In this document: piece by piece, positions 17,547-27,325 of the stretch | How the letters are laid out: every line of letters begins with the position of its first letter | How positions within the stretch are numbered: the first letter of the stretch is position 1 | From: Candidatus Tritonobacter lacicola | GTDB lineage: Bacteria; Auribacterota; Tritonobacteria; Tritonobacterales; Tritonobacteraceae | Length of the DNA: 64,000 bases | NCBI GenBank assembly: GCA_030765135.1 | Contig: JAVCDC010000009.1 | Coordinates: 5,682-69,681, forward strand | Direction: 5' to 3' | Position numbers and translations under genes: made by a program | The notes under the pieces: generated by a model | What the model was told of the DNA's origin: nothing | Database searches by the model: none | The model's input: the letters and a program-made list of their open reading frames with translations, nothing else

Positions 17547-19025
17547 ATGATAAATTCCGTCATGAGAAGGATACTCTCTCTCGCAGTGCTGGCCTCGGCC
17601 GGCTTTGTCCTCGCCATAGCCCCGTGCCACGGGGTCGAGTTGGACATACGGGAGCTCGTGCTCGAAAACGGCATGCGATTCCTCATAGTCGAGCGGCATG
17701 ACTCCCCCGTTGTCTCCTTTAACATCGTTTATCTCGTCGGCTCCGTCGACGAGCGGCCCGGCATCACCGGCGTCTCACATTTCCTCGAGCATATGATGTT
17801 TAAGGGCACAAAGACAATCGGCACCAGGAACTACCGGGCTGAGAAAAAGATCATTCATGAGATCCGGGATCTCATGGAAAGGAAGGACGAGACCGATGAC
17901 GAAAAGGCCAGGGAACGCCTGGCCGTGAAGATAGAGAAAGTGCGAGAGAGGCAAAGGAAGCTCATCGTCAAGGACGAGATATGGAAGATATACCGCAAGA
18001 ACGGCGCGGTCGGTTTCAATGCCTCCACCGGACGTGATTATACCTCGTACACCTGCTCACTCCCGAGCAACAGGATCAAGCTCTGGGCCATGCTGGAATC
18101 CGACCGCATGGCGAATCCCGTCTTCCGGGAATTTTACGCCGAGAGAGACGTTGTCTGCGAGGAGCGGCGGATGAGGATTGATACAGACCCCCGAGGGGCC
18201 CTCATGGAGCGGCTCTACGCGTCCGCCTACATGGCGCACCCCTACAGGTGGCCGGTGCTTGGCTGGGCGTCGGACATATCATCCTACACCCCGTCGGAGG
18301 TGGAGCGCTATTTCCGGAGGTACTACTGCCCCGCCAATGCCATCGCGGTCGTGGTGGGCGACGTGTACATGGACCGGTTCAGTAAGCTCGCCGAAAAGTA
18401 CTTCGGCCGCATCCCCGGTGGGTCCCCTGCCGGGAGGGTCGTGACAAGAGAGCCCCCGCAGAAGGGCGGGAAGCGGGTTCGCGTGGATTTCGATGCGGAG
18501 CCCAGGCTGACCATCGCCTACCACGCCCCGTCGGTTTCGAGCGACGATCACTACGTGATGGACATTATAGCCACCATCCTTTCCGATGGAAGGACGTCCC
18601 GCCTCTACAAGAGGCTCGTCCTGGAAGAGCAGTCCGCCCTCTCGGCCGGCGCCTGGTTTGCCACGAGGAAGTACCCGGGCCTCTTCGTCTTCGAGGCCGC
18701 GCCACGGAAGCCCCATACGATCGAAGAGGTCCGGTCATCGATAGACGAGGTTATAGAAGGGTTGAAGAAAGAGAGGACGGGCGAGGCCGAACTGGCCAAG
18801 GCCAAGAACAAGATAGAGGCGGATTTCATCCGGAGCCGCCGGTCCAACAGCGAGCTGGCGGGACATGTCGCGTATTTCGCGGCAATCACCGACTGGCGCT
18901 ACATTAAAACCTATATTGAAAAAATCCGCAGCGTGACGCCGGCCGACATCCAGGAGGTTGCCGGACGCTATTTCACCGACGAAGCCAGGACAATCGCAGT
19001 CCTTGGGAGGACGCATGAGGAATAG
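17547..19025 (+). CDS. M16-family zinc peptidase (insulinase/pitrilysin-like, active subunit)
   Basis: ORF 16944..19025. Likely start at 17547/17562 (MINSVMRRILSLAVLASAGFVLAIA, signal peptide). HFLEHMMFKGT is the inverted zinc-binding HxxEH motif. The ORF's 5' extension is antisense to the HTH-EIIA gene and is not counted. Confidence 0.85.
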   Translation: MINSVMRRILSLAVLASAGFVLAIAPCHGVELDIRELVLENGMRFLIVERHDSPVVSFNIVYLVGSVDERPGITGVSHFLEHMMFKGTKTIGTRNYRAEKKIIHEIRDLMERKDETDDEKARERLAVKIEKVRERQRKLIVKDEIWKIYRKNGAVGFNASTGRDYTSYTCSLPSNRIKLWAMLESDRMANPVFREFYAERDVVCEERRMRIDTDPRGALMERLYASAYMAHPYRWPVLGWASDISSYTPSEVERYFRRYYCPANAIAVVVGDVYMDRFSKLAEKYFGRIPGGSPAGRVVTREPPQKGGKRVRVDFDAEPRLTIAYHAPSVSSDDHYVMDIIATILSDGRTSRLYKRLVLEEQSALSAGAWFATRKYPGLFVFEAAPRKPHTIEEVRSSIDEVIEGLKKERTGEAELAKAKNKIEADFIRSRRSNSELAGHVAYFAAITDWRYIKTYIEKIRSVTPADIQEVAGRYFTDEARTIAVLGRTHEE

Positions 19026-20424
19026 CGCCGCTTTACTTCTCGCAGTCTTCATTTTGACGGGGGCGGCAGCGGGCGCTCTGGCCGAACACCCCTCGGATCT
19101 CACCTTCCCCCCCCTCGATTTCACGCCGCCGCGTCCGGCGCGCACGGTGCTGGACAACGGTATGGTCGTCTATCTCCTCCCGGACAGGGAGATTCCCCTC
19201 GTCTCCATAACGGCGTTGATACGAGCCGGCGAGCTCTATGTCGAGTCTAAAAAGGCCGGCCAGGCCTCCCTCACGGGACACATCATGAGGACCGGCGGGG
19301 CCGGATCGATGAAGCCGGAGGAGATCGACGAGAAGCTTGAGTACGTCGGGGCGGAGCTTTCCGTCGGGATCGGCTACGACTCGGGAACAGCCTCTCTATC
19401 GGTGCTTAAAAAAGACCTCGACCTCGGCATGGAAATATTCTCCGCCATTCTTATGAGGCCGTCTTTTAACCGGGACAGGATCGATCTGAGGAAGCGGCAG
19501 ATCGAGGAGGAGATCCGCAGGGAGAACGACGTCCCCTACCGTATCCTGGCGAGGGAGTTCAGGAAAATCCTGTACGGGAACCACCCCTACGGGAGGAGGG
19601 CCACGGGCAATATGGAAAGCCTCCCCGGGTTATCCAGGGAAGATCTCGTGCGATTCCACGCCGGGTACTTCCACCCGAACAATATTATCCTGGCCGTCTC
19701 CGGCGATTTCCGGGAGGACGAGATGCTCGGGAAACTAAAAAATGCTTTCGGAGCATGGAAAAGAGCGCCGGTCGAATTCCCGGACCCATCGCCGCTCAAG
19801 AGGAAATATTTCCGGTCGATCGACCTCGTTCCCAGGGAGATCAACCAGTCGAGCATACGAATAGGCCATTTCGGAATTACCTGGAGAAACCCGGATTACT
19901 TCCCCATTACTGTCATGAACTTTATTCTGGGGGGAAGCAATTTTACATCCCGGCTGACGAAGTTGATCAGATCCGATGAAGGCCTCGCGTATTATGTAGG
20001 CAGTGCCTTCATCGAGCGCCACGACCTGGGGATATTCGCCGCTGATTGCCTGACGAAGAGCGGGAGCACGTCCAGGGTCGTCTCCCTGATGCTCCGGACG
20101 ATAGAGGGCATGAGGGAGAAAAGGGTTGGCAGGGAAGAGATATCGATGGCCAAAGACGCTTATGCGAACGCCTTCGTTTTTCGCTTCGAGACGAGTGAGA
20201 TGATAGTCAATCAGCTGGCCGAGTATGAATACCGTGGCCTCCCCCGCGACTTTCTCTATACCTATATCGATAAGATAACCGCGGTGACCGCAGGGGATAT
20301 CCTGCGAGTCGCCGGGGAGTATCTCCACCCTGAAAAGGCGATCGTTCTGGTGGTGGGGAACGAGACCGCGTTTGACGAACCCCTCGCCGCACTGGGGCCC
20401 GTTAACGTCATAGAGATTGAATAG
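19015..20424 (+). CDS. M16-family peptidase paralog (probable non-catalytic partner subunit)
   Basis: ORF 18958..20424. Start at the internal Met (MRNSAALLLAVFILTGAAAGA, signal peptide), overlapping the upstream stop by ~10 nt. M16 domain architecture without a clear HxxEH motif, typical of the beta/partner subunit. Confidence 0.75.
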   Translation: MRNSAALLLAVFILTGAAAGALAEHPSDLTFPPLDFTPPRPARTVLDNGMVVYLLPDREIPLVSITALIRAGELYVESKKAGQASLTGHIMRTGGAGSMKPEEIDEKLEYVGAELSVGIGYDSGTASLSVLKKDLDLGMEIFSAILMRPSFNRDRIDLRKRQIEEEIRRENDVPYRILAREFRKILYGNHPYGRRATGNMESLPGLSREDLVRFHAGYFHPNNIILAVSGDFREDEMLGKLKNAFGAWKRAPVEFPDPSPLKRKYFRSIDLVPREINQSSIRIGHFGITWRNPDYFPITVMNFILGGSNFTSRLTKLIRSDEGLAYYVGSAFIERHDLGIFAADCLTKSGSTSRVVSLMLRTIEGMREKRVGREEISMAKDAYANAFVFRFETSEMIVNQLAEYEYRGLPRDFLYTYIDKITAVTAGDILRVAGEYLHPEKAIVLVVGNETAFDEPLAALGPVNVIEIE

Positions 20425-20483
20425 GCTACCGGGGCGGGCCCTCGCACGGCCGCTCACCCCGTCAAAGCCCCGCTTGGTGCCGC

Positions 20484-21017
20484 TCAACGCGGTATTCGCT
20501 TCACGATGCCCGAGAGGACGGGAAACCGCGTGAAAACCCTGTACTCGAGGAGCTTCAGGACGGTGGCCATGTCCCTCATTTCCTCCGCGAGGGGCTTCCG
20601 CCCCGTCATCAGCTCGACAGCCTCGTGCCCGAGCTCCTTCAGGTACTCGGAAACGGTCTCGTTGTCTATCTTCTCTTCCAGGTAGCCGATTATTGTATCG
20701 AGCTCACCCTGATCGAGCCACACCGCGTTGCACCTGACACAGACATCTATGACAGTTCCGGTATCGCCATGCTCGACGCGGTGCAGCCTTTCACCGCACG
20801 ACGGGCAGGTCTTTTCCGAAACCCCTATCGCATGCTCCTCTAGGTCCTTCCACAGATCGAGATCGAGCCAGCGGAGAAACCTGTCCTCCCTGTCCTTTAT
20901 CTCCTCAAGCTGCCGCTCTCCAACCCAGAGACCGCGGCAGCGGGGGCAGGACACGACCCGCACTCCATCCCTCAGGGAATCCGTGAGGGCCTCCTTGCAT
21001 ACGGGGCAGATCATCAT
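20484..21017 (-). CDS. double zinc-ribbon (zf-TFIIB-like) domain protein
   Basis: Two CxxC...CxxC modules (CPVCKE...CPRCRG and CPSCGE...CVRCNA), each followed by W-x-D/GE-L (LWVGERQLEEI / VWLDQGELDTI), as in the transcription-factor zinc-ribbon family. Confidence 0.5.
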   Translation of the reverse strand: MMICPVCKEALTDSLRDGVRVVSCPRCRGLWVGERQLEEIKDREDRFLRWLDLDLWKDLEEHAIGVSEKTCPSCGERLHRVEHGDTGTVIDVCVRCNAVWLDQGELDTIIGYLEEKIDNETVSEYLKELGHEAVELMTGRKPLAEEMRDMATVLKLLEYRVFTRFPVLSGIVKRIPR

Positions 21018-21211
21018 TCCTTGCTGAGAAACTTGCTCAGGGCAATGCTGTCCAGTGAGACCAGGAAGCAGAGGACAAGTAAGTCCTCGCCGAAGTCTAT
21101 CCTTCCTATAAGGCGAAGGATTAAAAATAGTATCGTTCCCATCTCAACCTCCTTTTATTTAACAATTAGCTATTAACAATTAACAATCAGCAATTCGATA
21201 ATATATACCAC

Positions 21212-22309
21212 TCATTTGCTCTTGGCTAGCTCGTTGAGTATTGCCACGCCTCTTTCTATGTCCTCGTCCGACGCCGCAAACGATATGCGGAAGTGGCTCT
21301 TCCTCTCGGAGAAGACCTCGCCGGGGATAATGAGGAGATTTCTGGCAATCGCCCTTTCCGCGAACGCGTTTCCGTCGCCGCCGGGGGCCCGCGGGAAGAT
21401 GTAGAACGCGCCACGCGGCCTCTCGACAGTGAAGTTTCCCTTCAACCCCCCGTAAATTGCGTCGCGCTTACGCCTGTACCGGTCCAGGTGTTGGGATATG
21501 TCGTGGTCCATCGCGAGCAGGGCGGCGTGTTGCGCGAAGGAAGGCGCGCAGACAAAGGTGTATTGCTGTACCTTGGCCATCTCCTCGATGATGCTCTTCT
21601 CCGCGACGGCGTAGCCGACTCTCCAGCCGGTCATGGCGAACGTCTTGGAGAATCCGCTCAGAGTGACCGTGCGGTCGTAATGCCGCGCAACGGGGACGTG
21701 CTCCCCCTCGTAGATGAAACCCTCGTATATCTCGTCAGAGAGAACGATGATGTCGTGTCGCTCCGCGACCCTGGTTATAGCTTTAATCTCGTCCTCCGTG
21801 TAGGCCGCGCCCGTAGGGTTGGCCGGTGAATTCATCACCAGGAGCTTCGTCCTTTCCGTTATGGCGCTCGCCACTGCTTCCGGCGTGAGCTTGAAATGCG
21901 GATATGTGTCCACAAACACAGGCTCACCGCCGGTAAGCTTGCATAGGTGTTTGTACATGACGAAGTAGGGGTCGGGGATGATGACCTCGTCTCCCTCCTC
22001 CACGAGAACGAGAAAGGACAGAAGCAGCCCGCCCGACACTCCGGACGTAATGAGAACGTTATCAGGGGAGGCTTGCAGGAAGTCGTACCGCGCCGCCACT
22101 TTCTCCCTGAGCGGTACCAGGCCCTCCGTCGGTGTGTACTTGTTGAACCCCTCCTCCAGCGCCTCGATCGCCTTCCTCTTGATGGGCTCCGGGACATCGA
22201 AATCGGGCTGGCCGATGCTGAGGTTTATCGGATTCTTCATCCGGGAGGCCAGGTTGAAAACCTTCCTGATGCCGGACGCATCGATGCTCTTTGTCCTTTT
22301 CGTGATCAT
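21212..22309 (-). CDS. class I/II pyridoxal-phosphate aminotransferase (aspartate aminotransferase-like)
   Basis: ORF 21212..22375. Likely start at the internal Met (MITKRTKSIDASGIRKVF), which removes the overlap with the upstream gene. SGFSKTFAMTGWRVGYAV is the PLP-lysine motif (SxxK...GxRxGY). Confidence 0.85.
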   Translation of the reverse strand: MITKRTKSIDASGIRKVFNLASRMKNPINLSIGQPDFDVPEPIKRKAIEALEEGFNKYTPTEGLVPLREKVAARYDFLQASPDNVLITSGVSGGLLLSFLVLVEEGDEVIIPDPYFVMYKHLCKLTGGEPVFVDTYPHFKLTPEAVASAITERTKLLVMNSPANPTGAAYTEDEIKAITRVAERHDIIVLSDEIYEGFIYEGEHVPVARHYDRTVTLSGFSKTFAMTGWRVGYAVAEKSIIEEMAKVQQYTFVCAPSFAQHAALLAMDHDISQHLDRYRRKRDAIYGGLKGNFTVERPRGAFYIFPRAPGGDGNAFAERAIARNLLIIPGEVFSERKSHFRISFAASDEDIERGVAILNELAKSK

Positions 22310-22698
22310 CCTGTGACGACAACCTGCATTATTCTGTCGGGTTCCTCCGGATCGTGGGGAACGTCGCTGGAGCACACGACGTATTCAATGTCATCTCCCT
22401 CGTTCACTATGGCGTGGGGGATATTCGGGGTGACCCTGACGATAACCCGCCCGGCCCCGGTGGACCGGTAGCGTTTCCGCTCACCGTTCTCGATAGTATG
22501 GATCGCAACATTCGGCCCCATGCAGATGGATTCCGTCTGCCTCAGATGGTAGTGGTTGCCCCGGACCTTGCCCGGCATGATAGTGATAACGTGGACATTC
22601 CTGACGTTCCCCGAGAGGAGGTCTTCCCCCATAACGGGCTCGTAGAGCTCCCCCCGCTCATCCTCGAAAACATCTATGATAACAATCTCCGGACTCAT
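22306..22698 (-). CDS. small cupin, WxcM/FdtA-like (sugar ketoisomerase-type) domain
   Basis: 130 aa. ...VRGNHYHLRQTE...VVCSSDVPHDPEE... resembles the double-stranded beta-helix of WxcM-C/FdtA-like proteins. Confidence 0.45.
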   Translation of the reverse strand: MSPEIVIIDVFEDERGELYEPVMGEDLLSGNVRNVHVITIMPGKVRGNHYHLRQTESICMGPNVAIHTIENGERKRYRSTGAGRVIVRVTPNIPHAIVNEGDDIEYVVCSSDVPHDPEEPDRIMQVVVTG

Positions 22699-22736
22699 CT
22701 CTCCGTCACCTCAGATGCCATTTTATCTCCCTGTCG

Positions 22737-23300
22737 TTAAAATTTGACGCTGACGGGCTCACGGCTCGCAGGCTCCCCGGTCTCGAAATACTCCCTTTCA
22801 CCGAACCCGAAAGCGCCGGCGACCAGGCGCGCTGGAAAGACCTGCTGCATGATGTTGAACTTCATCGCGGCATCGTTATAAAGCTGCCTGGCCGAGGCGA
22901 TCCTGTTCTCCGTGGAGGAAATCTCTTCCTGGAGCGCTATAAAATTTTCGTTGGCTTTCAGCCGGGGATACCTCTCGGCAACGGCGAAGAGGCTTTTCAG
23001 CGCCCCCGCCAACATGTTCTCCGCCTCGCCATGTTCCTTCACCGTCTTCGCCGCCATTGCCCTTGTCCGGGCCTCGGTCACCTTCTGGAAAACCTCTTTC
23101 TCGTGGGCAGCGTAACCCTTGACCGTCTCCACGAGGTTCGGAATCAGATCGTACCGCCGCTTGAGCTGAACGTCTATTTGCGCCCAGGCATTATCCGTCC
23201 CGTTTTTCAACCTTATAAGCCCGTTATAGACGGCAACGACATATCCGGCGATAATCACGCCGGCGAGAACCAGTATTCCCAGGACAATTAACACAATCAT
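22737..23300 (-). CDS. LemA-family membrane protein
   Basis: N-terminal TM then YNGLIRLKNGTDNAWAQIDVQLKRRYDLIPNLVETVKGYAAHEKEVFQKVTEARTRA..., the diagnostic LemA signature. Confidence 0.9.
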   Translation of the reverse strand: MIVLIVLGILVLAGVIIAGYVVAVYNGLIRLKNGTDNAWAQIDVQLKRRYDLIPNLVETVKGYAAHEKEVFQKVTEARTRAMAAKTVKEHGEAENMLAGALKSLFAVAERYPRLKANENFIALQEEISSTENRIASARQLYNDAAMKFNIMQQVFPARLVAGAFGFGEREYFETGEPASREPVSVKF

Positions 23301-23322
23301 CTAGCCTTCCTCTTTTTGTTTT

Positions 23323-23877
23323 TCATTTTCTCCGATCATGATACAGGTTGTTGCCCTGCGTGTCGATCGCGACGATGGCGGGGAACCTCTCCACCTCAAG
23401 CTTCCTGATCGCCTCGGGGCCCAGGTCATCATAACCGATCACATCGGCCTTTCTGACCCTTTGCGCCAGTAGCGCGCCGGCGCCTCCTACCGCGGCAAAA
23501 TAAACGGCCCCGTATCTCACCATCGCGTCCACCACCTCCCTCGACCGCTCCCCTTTTCCGATCATCCCCCTTAAGCCAAGCCGGATAAGCCTCGGCGTGA
23601 AAGCGTCCATCCTCCCGCTCGTCGTCGGCCCCACCGAGCCAATGACCTTGCCCGGAGGTGTCGGCGCGGGACCCGCGTAATAAATAACCGCGCCTTTGAG
23701 ATCTATCGGTATATCCTCTCCCCTGTCCAGCGCCTCGACTATCATTTTGTGGGCGGTGTCGCGTGCGGTGTAGATCGTCCCGGTTATTTCAACCCTGTCG
23801 CCCGCTCGCAGCTCCCTGGCCGCGCTCTCGGCCAGGGGCGCTGTTAACCTGATAACCTTGCACGATTCCGTCTTCAT
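23323..23877 (-). CDS. fumarate hydratase class I, beta (C-terminal, Fe-S hydro-lyase beta) subunit
   Basis: ORF 23323..24171. Start at the internal Met (MKTESCKVIRLTAPL..., ~184 aa). Signature GDRVEITGTIYTARDTAHK...GPTTSGRMD...IGKGERS. Its start overlaps the alpha-subunit stop at 23874. Confidence 0.85.
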   Translation of the reverse strand: MKTESCKVIRLTAPLAESAARELRAGDRVEITGTIYTARDTAHKMIVEALDRGEDIPIDLKGAVIYYAGPAPTPPGKVIGSVGPTTSGRMDAFTPRLIRLGLRGMIGKGERSREVVDAMVRYGAVYFAAVGGAGALLAQRVRKADVIGYDDLGPEAIRKLEVERFPAIVAIDTQGNNLYHDRRK

Positions 23878-24719
23878 ATCTCTATCGAGGCGTGCCTGTA
23901 GACGTGACAGCATATATTCAGCGCCACGGGAAGACCCGCGATATGGGTCGGATAGGTGTTGACGGCCACGCTCAAGGCCGTCACCCTGCCCCCCAACCCC
24001 TGCGGCCCTATACCGAGCTTGTTGATCTCTTTCAGTAAATCGTTCTCCATCCTTCGCGTGTTCTCGTCCCCGCTTGGTTTCCCCAGGGGTCTTGTCAGCG
24101 CCTCCTTGGACATGAGAGCCGCCTTTTCGAAAGTGCCCCCCACCCCTATCCCCACAACGATGGGGGGGCATGGGTTCGCCCCGGCATTCTTGATCGTATC
24201 GATGACGAAGCGCTTGATGCCCTCGTACCCCTCCGTGGGTTTGAGCATCCTGATCGCGCTCATGTTCTCGCTCCCGAAGCCCTTTGGAACCACCGTCACC
24301 CTCACCTTATCGCCGGGCACGACACTGAAATGGATGACCGCCGGGGTGTTGTCCCCGGTGTTCATTCTCCTGAGCGGATCCGCGACCACGGACTTCCTCA
24401 AATAACCCTGCCGGTAACCCCTGCGGACGCCTTCGTTTACGGCCTCGCTCACATCCCCCCCGGCGAGGTGAACGTCCTGTCCCACATCGAGGAAGACCAC
24501 CGTCATGCCCGTATCCTGGCAGATCGGGAGGTTCTCGTTCCTGGCCACCTCGAGATTTTCAAGCAAGACGCGGAATATTTCGCGCGCCGTGCCCGGCTCC
24601 TCCTCCGCCATGCCCTTTTTAAGGGCCTTTATCAGATCGTCCGGGGCGAGGACGTTCGTCTCCATGCACATCCTGGCAACGCCGTCTTCTATGCTCCGCA
24701 CGTCAACATCTCGTACCAT
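23874..24719 (-). CDS. fumarate hydratase class I, alpha (N-terminal, Fe-S hydro-lyase alpha) subunit
   Basis: ...LPICQDTGMTVVFLDVGQDVHL... with Cys ligands (CQDTG) and ...GIGVGGTFEKAA..., typical of the class I fumarase/tartrate dehydratase alpha subunit. Confidence 0.85.
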   Translation of the reverse strand: MVRDVDVRSIEDGVARMCMETNVLAPDDLIKALKKGMAEEEPGTAREIFRVLLENLEVARNENLPICQDTGMTVVFLDVGQDVHLAGGDVSEAVNEGVRRGYRQGYLRKSVVADPLRRMNTGDNTPAVIHFSVVPGDKVRVTVVPKGFGSENMSAIRMLKPTEGYEGIKRFVIDTIKNAGANPCPPIVVGIGVGGTFEKAALMSKEALTRPLGKPSGDENTRRMENDLLKEINKLGIGPQGLGGRVTALSVAVNTYPTHIAGLPVALNICCHVYRHASIEI

Positions 24720-24764
24720 CGGTACGCACCCCTCGTTTACCGGGATTGTCGCAACCTCCCGGAC

Positions 24765-25928
24765 CTATTTCAGTACGGGGGACGGTTTTGTCGGCTCGAC
24801 GAGGAGCTTGACCTCAAGTTCCCCGTCCCCCGGCCGCCCCTGGATAAACTCTTCCTCGATCTTATCCTGCAGCGCCTCAAACAGGCCCACCGCCTCATCG
24901 TAAGCCCTGTCGAGCTTCCTCTTGTCGGCCCTGAGCGCGGCGGTCTCTTTCATCTCGCGCTTGCTTTTCTCTGCCAGCTCTTCGGCTTCCTCAATATCAT
25001 CATGGAGCCTCTCGATAAGATCCGAGACCTCGATCAGTTCATCCTCGACATCCCGGTAAAGGGGATTCAGCGAGCGGGTCTCCTGTCTCTGCGATCTCAC
25101 CTCCATGGCCTCCAGATTAAGCCTCAATTCGCCGATCTGTCTTTCCAGCTTCCTCGTCTTATTGCCCTCGCCGTACTTCGATCTGACTTCCTCCAGCCTT
25201 TCCTCTTTCGACGCGATCGTTCTTTTAAGCTTCATGACCCGGGGGCCGTATTGCACCACTGTTGATGTAACGATGTACTCTGGAATATTGCCAAGCTTTT
25301 TCTTGATAGCCCGTCTCTTCGCCCCGGCCTCCTCCATCTCCATCCTGTGCTTCTCGATCTTGATCTTTGTTCCGGCTACAGCAGCGGCCATTCTTTCTTC
25401 GGAGAGAAACTGTTCATGCCCGATAACCAAATCGTCGAGCTGCCTCTCAGCATCCTCTACCCTGTCCCGGGCCTCATCGAGCCGGGCCCTGAGAAAAGCG
25501 AGCCTCTCCGAGTCCCCCGTTTCCACGCCTTCCGATACAATCCGATCCGTCAGCGCCGACATCACGCGGCGGCACACGACCGGGTCATCTAGATCAAGCC
25601 ATATCCTGAACCTGTCATCCTCTATTATCTCTGCATCGACAGAGCGCCTGATCCTTCCTCGAAGTTCAGCCTTCTCGTCATTCATTCCCTTCACTGCGCT
25701 CCTCAACACGGACCAGTCGCTCAATCGTGCCCTCAGGTTCTTCAGCACTACCTCCCGCTCTTCAGCCGGCCGGCAATTCAGTCTCTCCACCAGGATAATC
25801 GCCTCCGAGCGATAGAGCGGTTTCTTCCGGGATTGTCCGCCCGTGGATGAGGAAAAGACAACAAGGATTATAACTGCACAGATCCCCGGTGCCGATGATA
25901 AGAATCCGCTGGCGGCAGCTTTTTTCAT
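24765..25928 (-). CDS. signal-anchored coiled-coil protein of unknown function
   Basis: N-terminal TM (ICAVIILVVFSS), then long heptad-like charged segments (ERQLDDLVIGHEQFLSEERMAAAVAGTKIKIEKHRMEMEEAGAKRRAIKKKL...). Confidence 0.5.
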   Translation of the reverse strand: MKKAAASGFLSSAPGICAVIILVVFSSSTGGQSRKKPLYRSEAIILVERLNCRPAEEREVVLKNLRARLSDWSVLRSAVKGMNDEKAELRGRIRRSVDAEIIEDDRFRIWLDLDDPVVCRRVMSALTDRIVSEGVETGDSERLAFLRARLDEARDRVEDAERQLDDLVIGHEQFLSEERMAAAVAGTKIKIEKHRMEMEEAGAKRRAIKKKLGNIPEYIVTSTVVQYGPRVMKLKRTIASKEERLEEVRSKYGEGNKTRKLERQIGELRLNLEAMEVRSQRQETRSLNPLYRDVEDELIEVSDLIERLHDDIEEAEELAEKSKREMKETAALRADKRKLDRAYDEAVGLFEALQDKIEEEFIQGRPGDGELEVKLLVEPTKPSPVLK

Positions 25929-26010
25929 GCCGGGCTGGTCGATACGAATACCTTGACTCTCTCCGGTTCGCCCGCTTGTGACAATAAACCAGTCACCGTA
26001 TCTCTCTTTG

Positions 26011-26083
26011 CGCGCCCAGCAGGACTCGAACCTGCAACCACCGGATTAGAAATCCGGTGCTCTATCCGTTGAGCTATGGGCGC
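26011..26083 (-). tRNA. tRNA-Arg (TCT)
   Basis: Reverse complement reads GCGCCCATAGCTCAACGGATAGAGCACCGGATTTCTAATCCGGTGGTTGCAGGTTCGAGTCCTGCTGGGCGCG. Anticodon stem CCGGA/TCCGG, loop TTTCTAA, anticodon TCT. Confidence 0.85.
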
Positions 26084-26138
26084 ATCCGGTTGGCCGGGCG
26101 GCTCGACCCACCCCCCTTTATAGACAGGAAAAGAGGCG

Positions 26139-26582
26139 TTATAGTTTAAGTAGCTTGCTAAGCTCCTGGTGCAGCCTCTTTATAGCCTTCTTGTTGGACC
26201 TCCATTCTTCAAGGTGAGCCATGACATACTCTTTGCCCGTACACAGGCTCTCCTGCTTGCCGAGAAGGTGTGATATCTGTTTGAGCAACAGAAGCGCCCT
26301 TCCGTATTCAGGGGGACATCCATGGAGATTTGCGAGCGCGTTATGCGCCTCCTGCCGTCGGTTGATCATATTGTCCACCAACTCCCCTGTCAGGGTATCC
26401 TGTAGAAGGCTGAGCTGGTATCGGCTGATCGAGCCCTCCCACGAAAAGACAACGTAGCGGGCTTGCTTGAACTGCTTTCTCCAGTTTTGCTTCACTTCCT
26501 GGGATTCGCAACGATGCCCAGCAGCAAGAACAGCCAGAAGCGGAACGAGCAAGAAAACTGGTGTTTTTGCCTTCACCATCAT
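26139..26582 (-). CDS. small secreted protein, paralog A (shared motifs WRKxxKxAR, GCPxxY, C-terminal LLKL)
   Basis: Signal peptide (MMVKAKTPVFLLVPLLAVLAAG). Shares an ordered set of motifs with the adjacent ORF (NWRKQFKQARY / QWRKKIKRARH; HGCPPEYGRALL / GGCPDDYKRDCE; identical ...LLKL end). Confidence 0.55.
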   Translation of the reverse strand: MMVKAKTPVFLLVPLLAVLAAGHRCESQEVKQNWRKQFKQARYVVFSWEGSISRYQLSLLQDTLTGELVDNMINRRQEAHNALANLHGCPPEYGRALLLLKQISHLLGKQESLCTGKEYVMAHLEEWRSNKKAIKRLHQELSKLLKL

Positions 26583-26612
26583 CGCGGATCCCCTCGGTTC
26601 ATCATTTTTCGG

Positions 26613-27050
26613 TTAAAGCTTAAGCAACCGCTCCAGTTCTTCAAACAACCCATCCACCTTTTTCTTGAGCTTCTTCTGTTCCTCGAGCTGATTGAAGGCC
26701 ACCTGCCTGTTCTCCGCCATGAGCTCCATCTTCCTCAGGATCTCGTGGATTTCGTTAATTATTTCGCAATCTCTTTTATAATCGTCGGGACATCCGCCGA
26801 TCTCGTTAATCGACTGGCGGGCGGCTATACTGCCGTTTATCAACCTGTCTCTTTCACTGGCATCCGGCCCCCCCCGAAAAAGCACCGCGTTGTAATAATT
26901 ATTCACGGCCGTGTTGAAAAGCAGCATGTGATGGCGCGCTCTCTTGATCTTCTTCCTCCACTGCATATCCCGAGCGCGTCCATCCGGCGTAAAGGCAAGC
27001 AAGGCCGACGAACAGATTATAAATAGAATTATTTTCCTGACACCGTGCAT
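26613..27050 (-). CDS. small secreted protein, paralog B of the upstream gene
   Basis: Signal peptide (MHGVRKIILFIICSSALLA). Same length class and motif order as paralog A. Confidence 0.55.
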   Translation of the reverse strand: MHGVRKIILFIICSSALLAFTPDGRARDMQWRKKIKRARHHMLLFNTAVNNYYNAVLFRGGPDASERDRLINGSIAARQSINEIGGCPDDYKRDCEIINEIHEILRKMELMAENRQVAFNQLEEQKKLKKKVDGLFEELERLLKL

Positions 27051-27325
27051 GATCCCAGCCCTTTTGAGAGTATTGTATCAACCGGTTGTGGATATTTACA
27101 ACTTATTGTTCTCCGTCTCTTCCAGTTCAGCCGGACGGCTCCGCATCTTCGCCAGTTCCTCGACGAGCCGCTTCTTTGTCTTCTCCTTGTCCCTCATCCT
27201 TCGATTGCCTCAAGAGCGGAAGGGATTTAAAAAGTACCGGAAACCATATTGATGGTCGCAATTACTGAACGCCACTCGAACTATCTTTGGCATAATTCAT
27301 TTTTGAATTTCAAAAATAGTTGATT

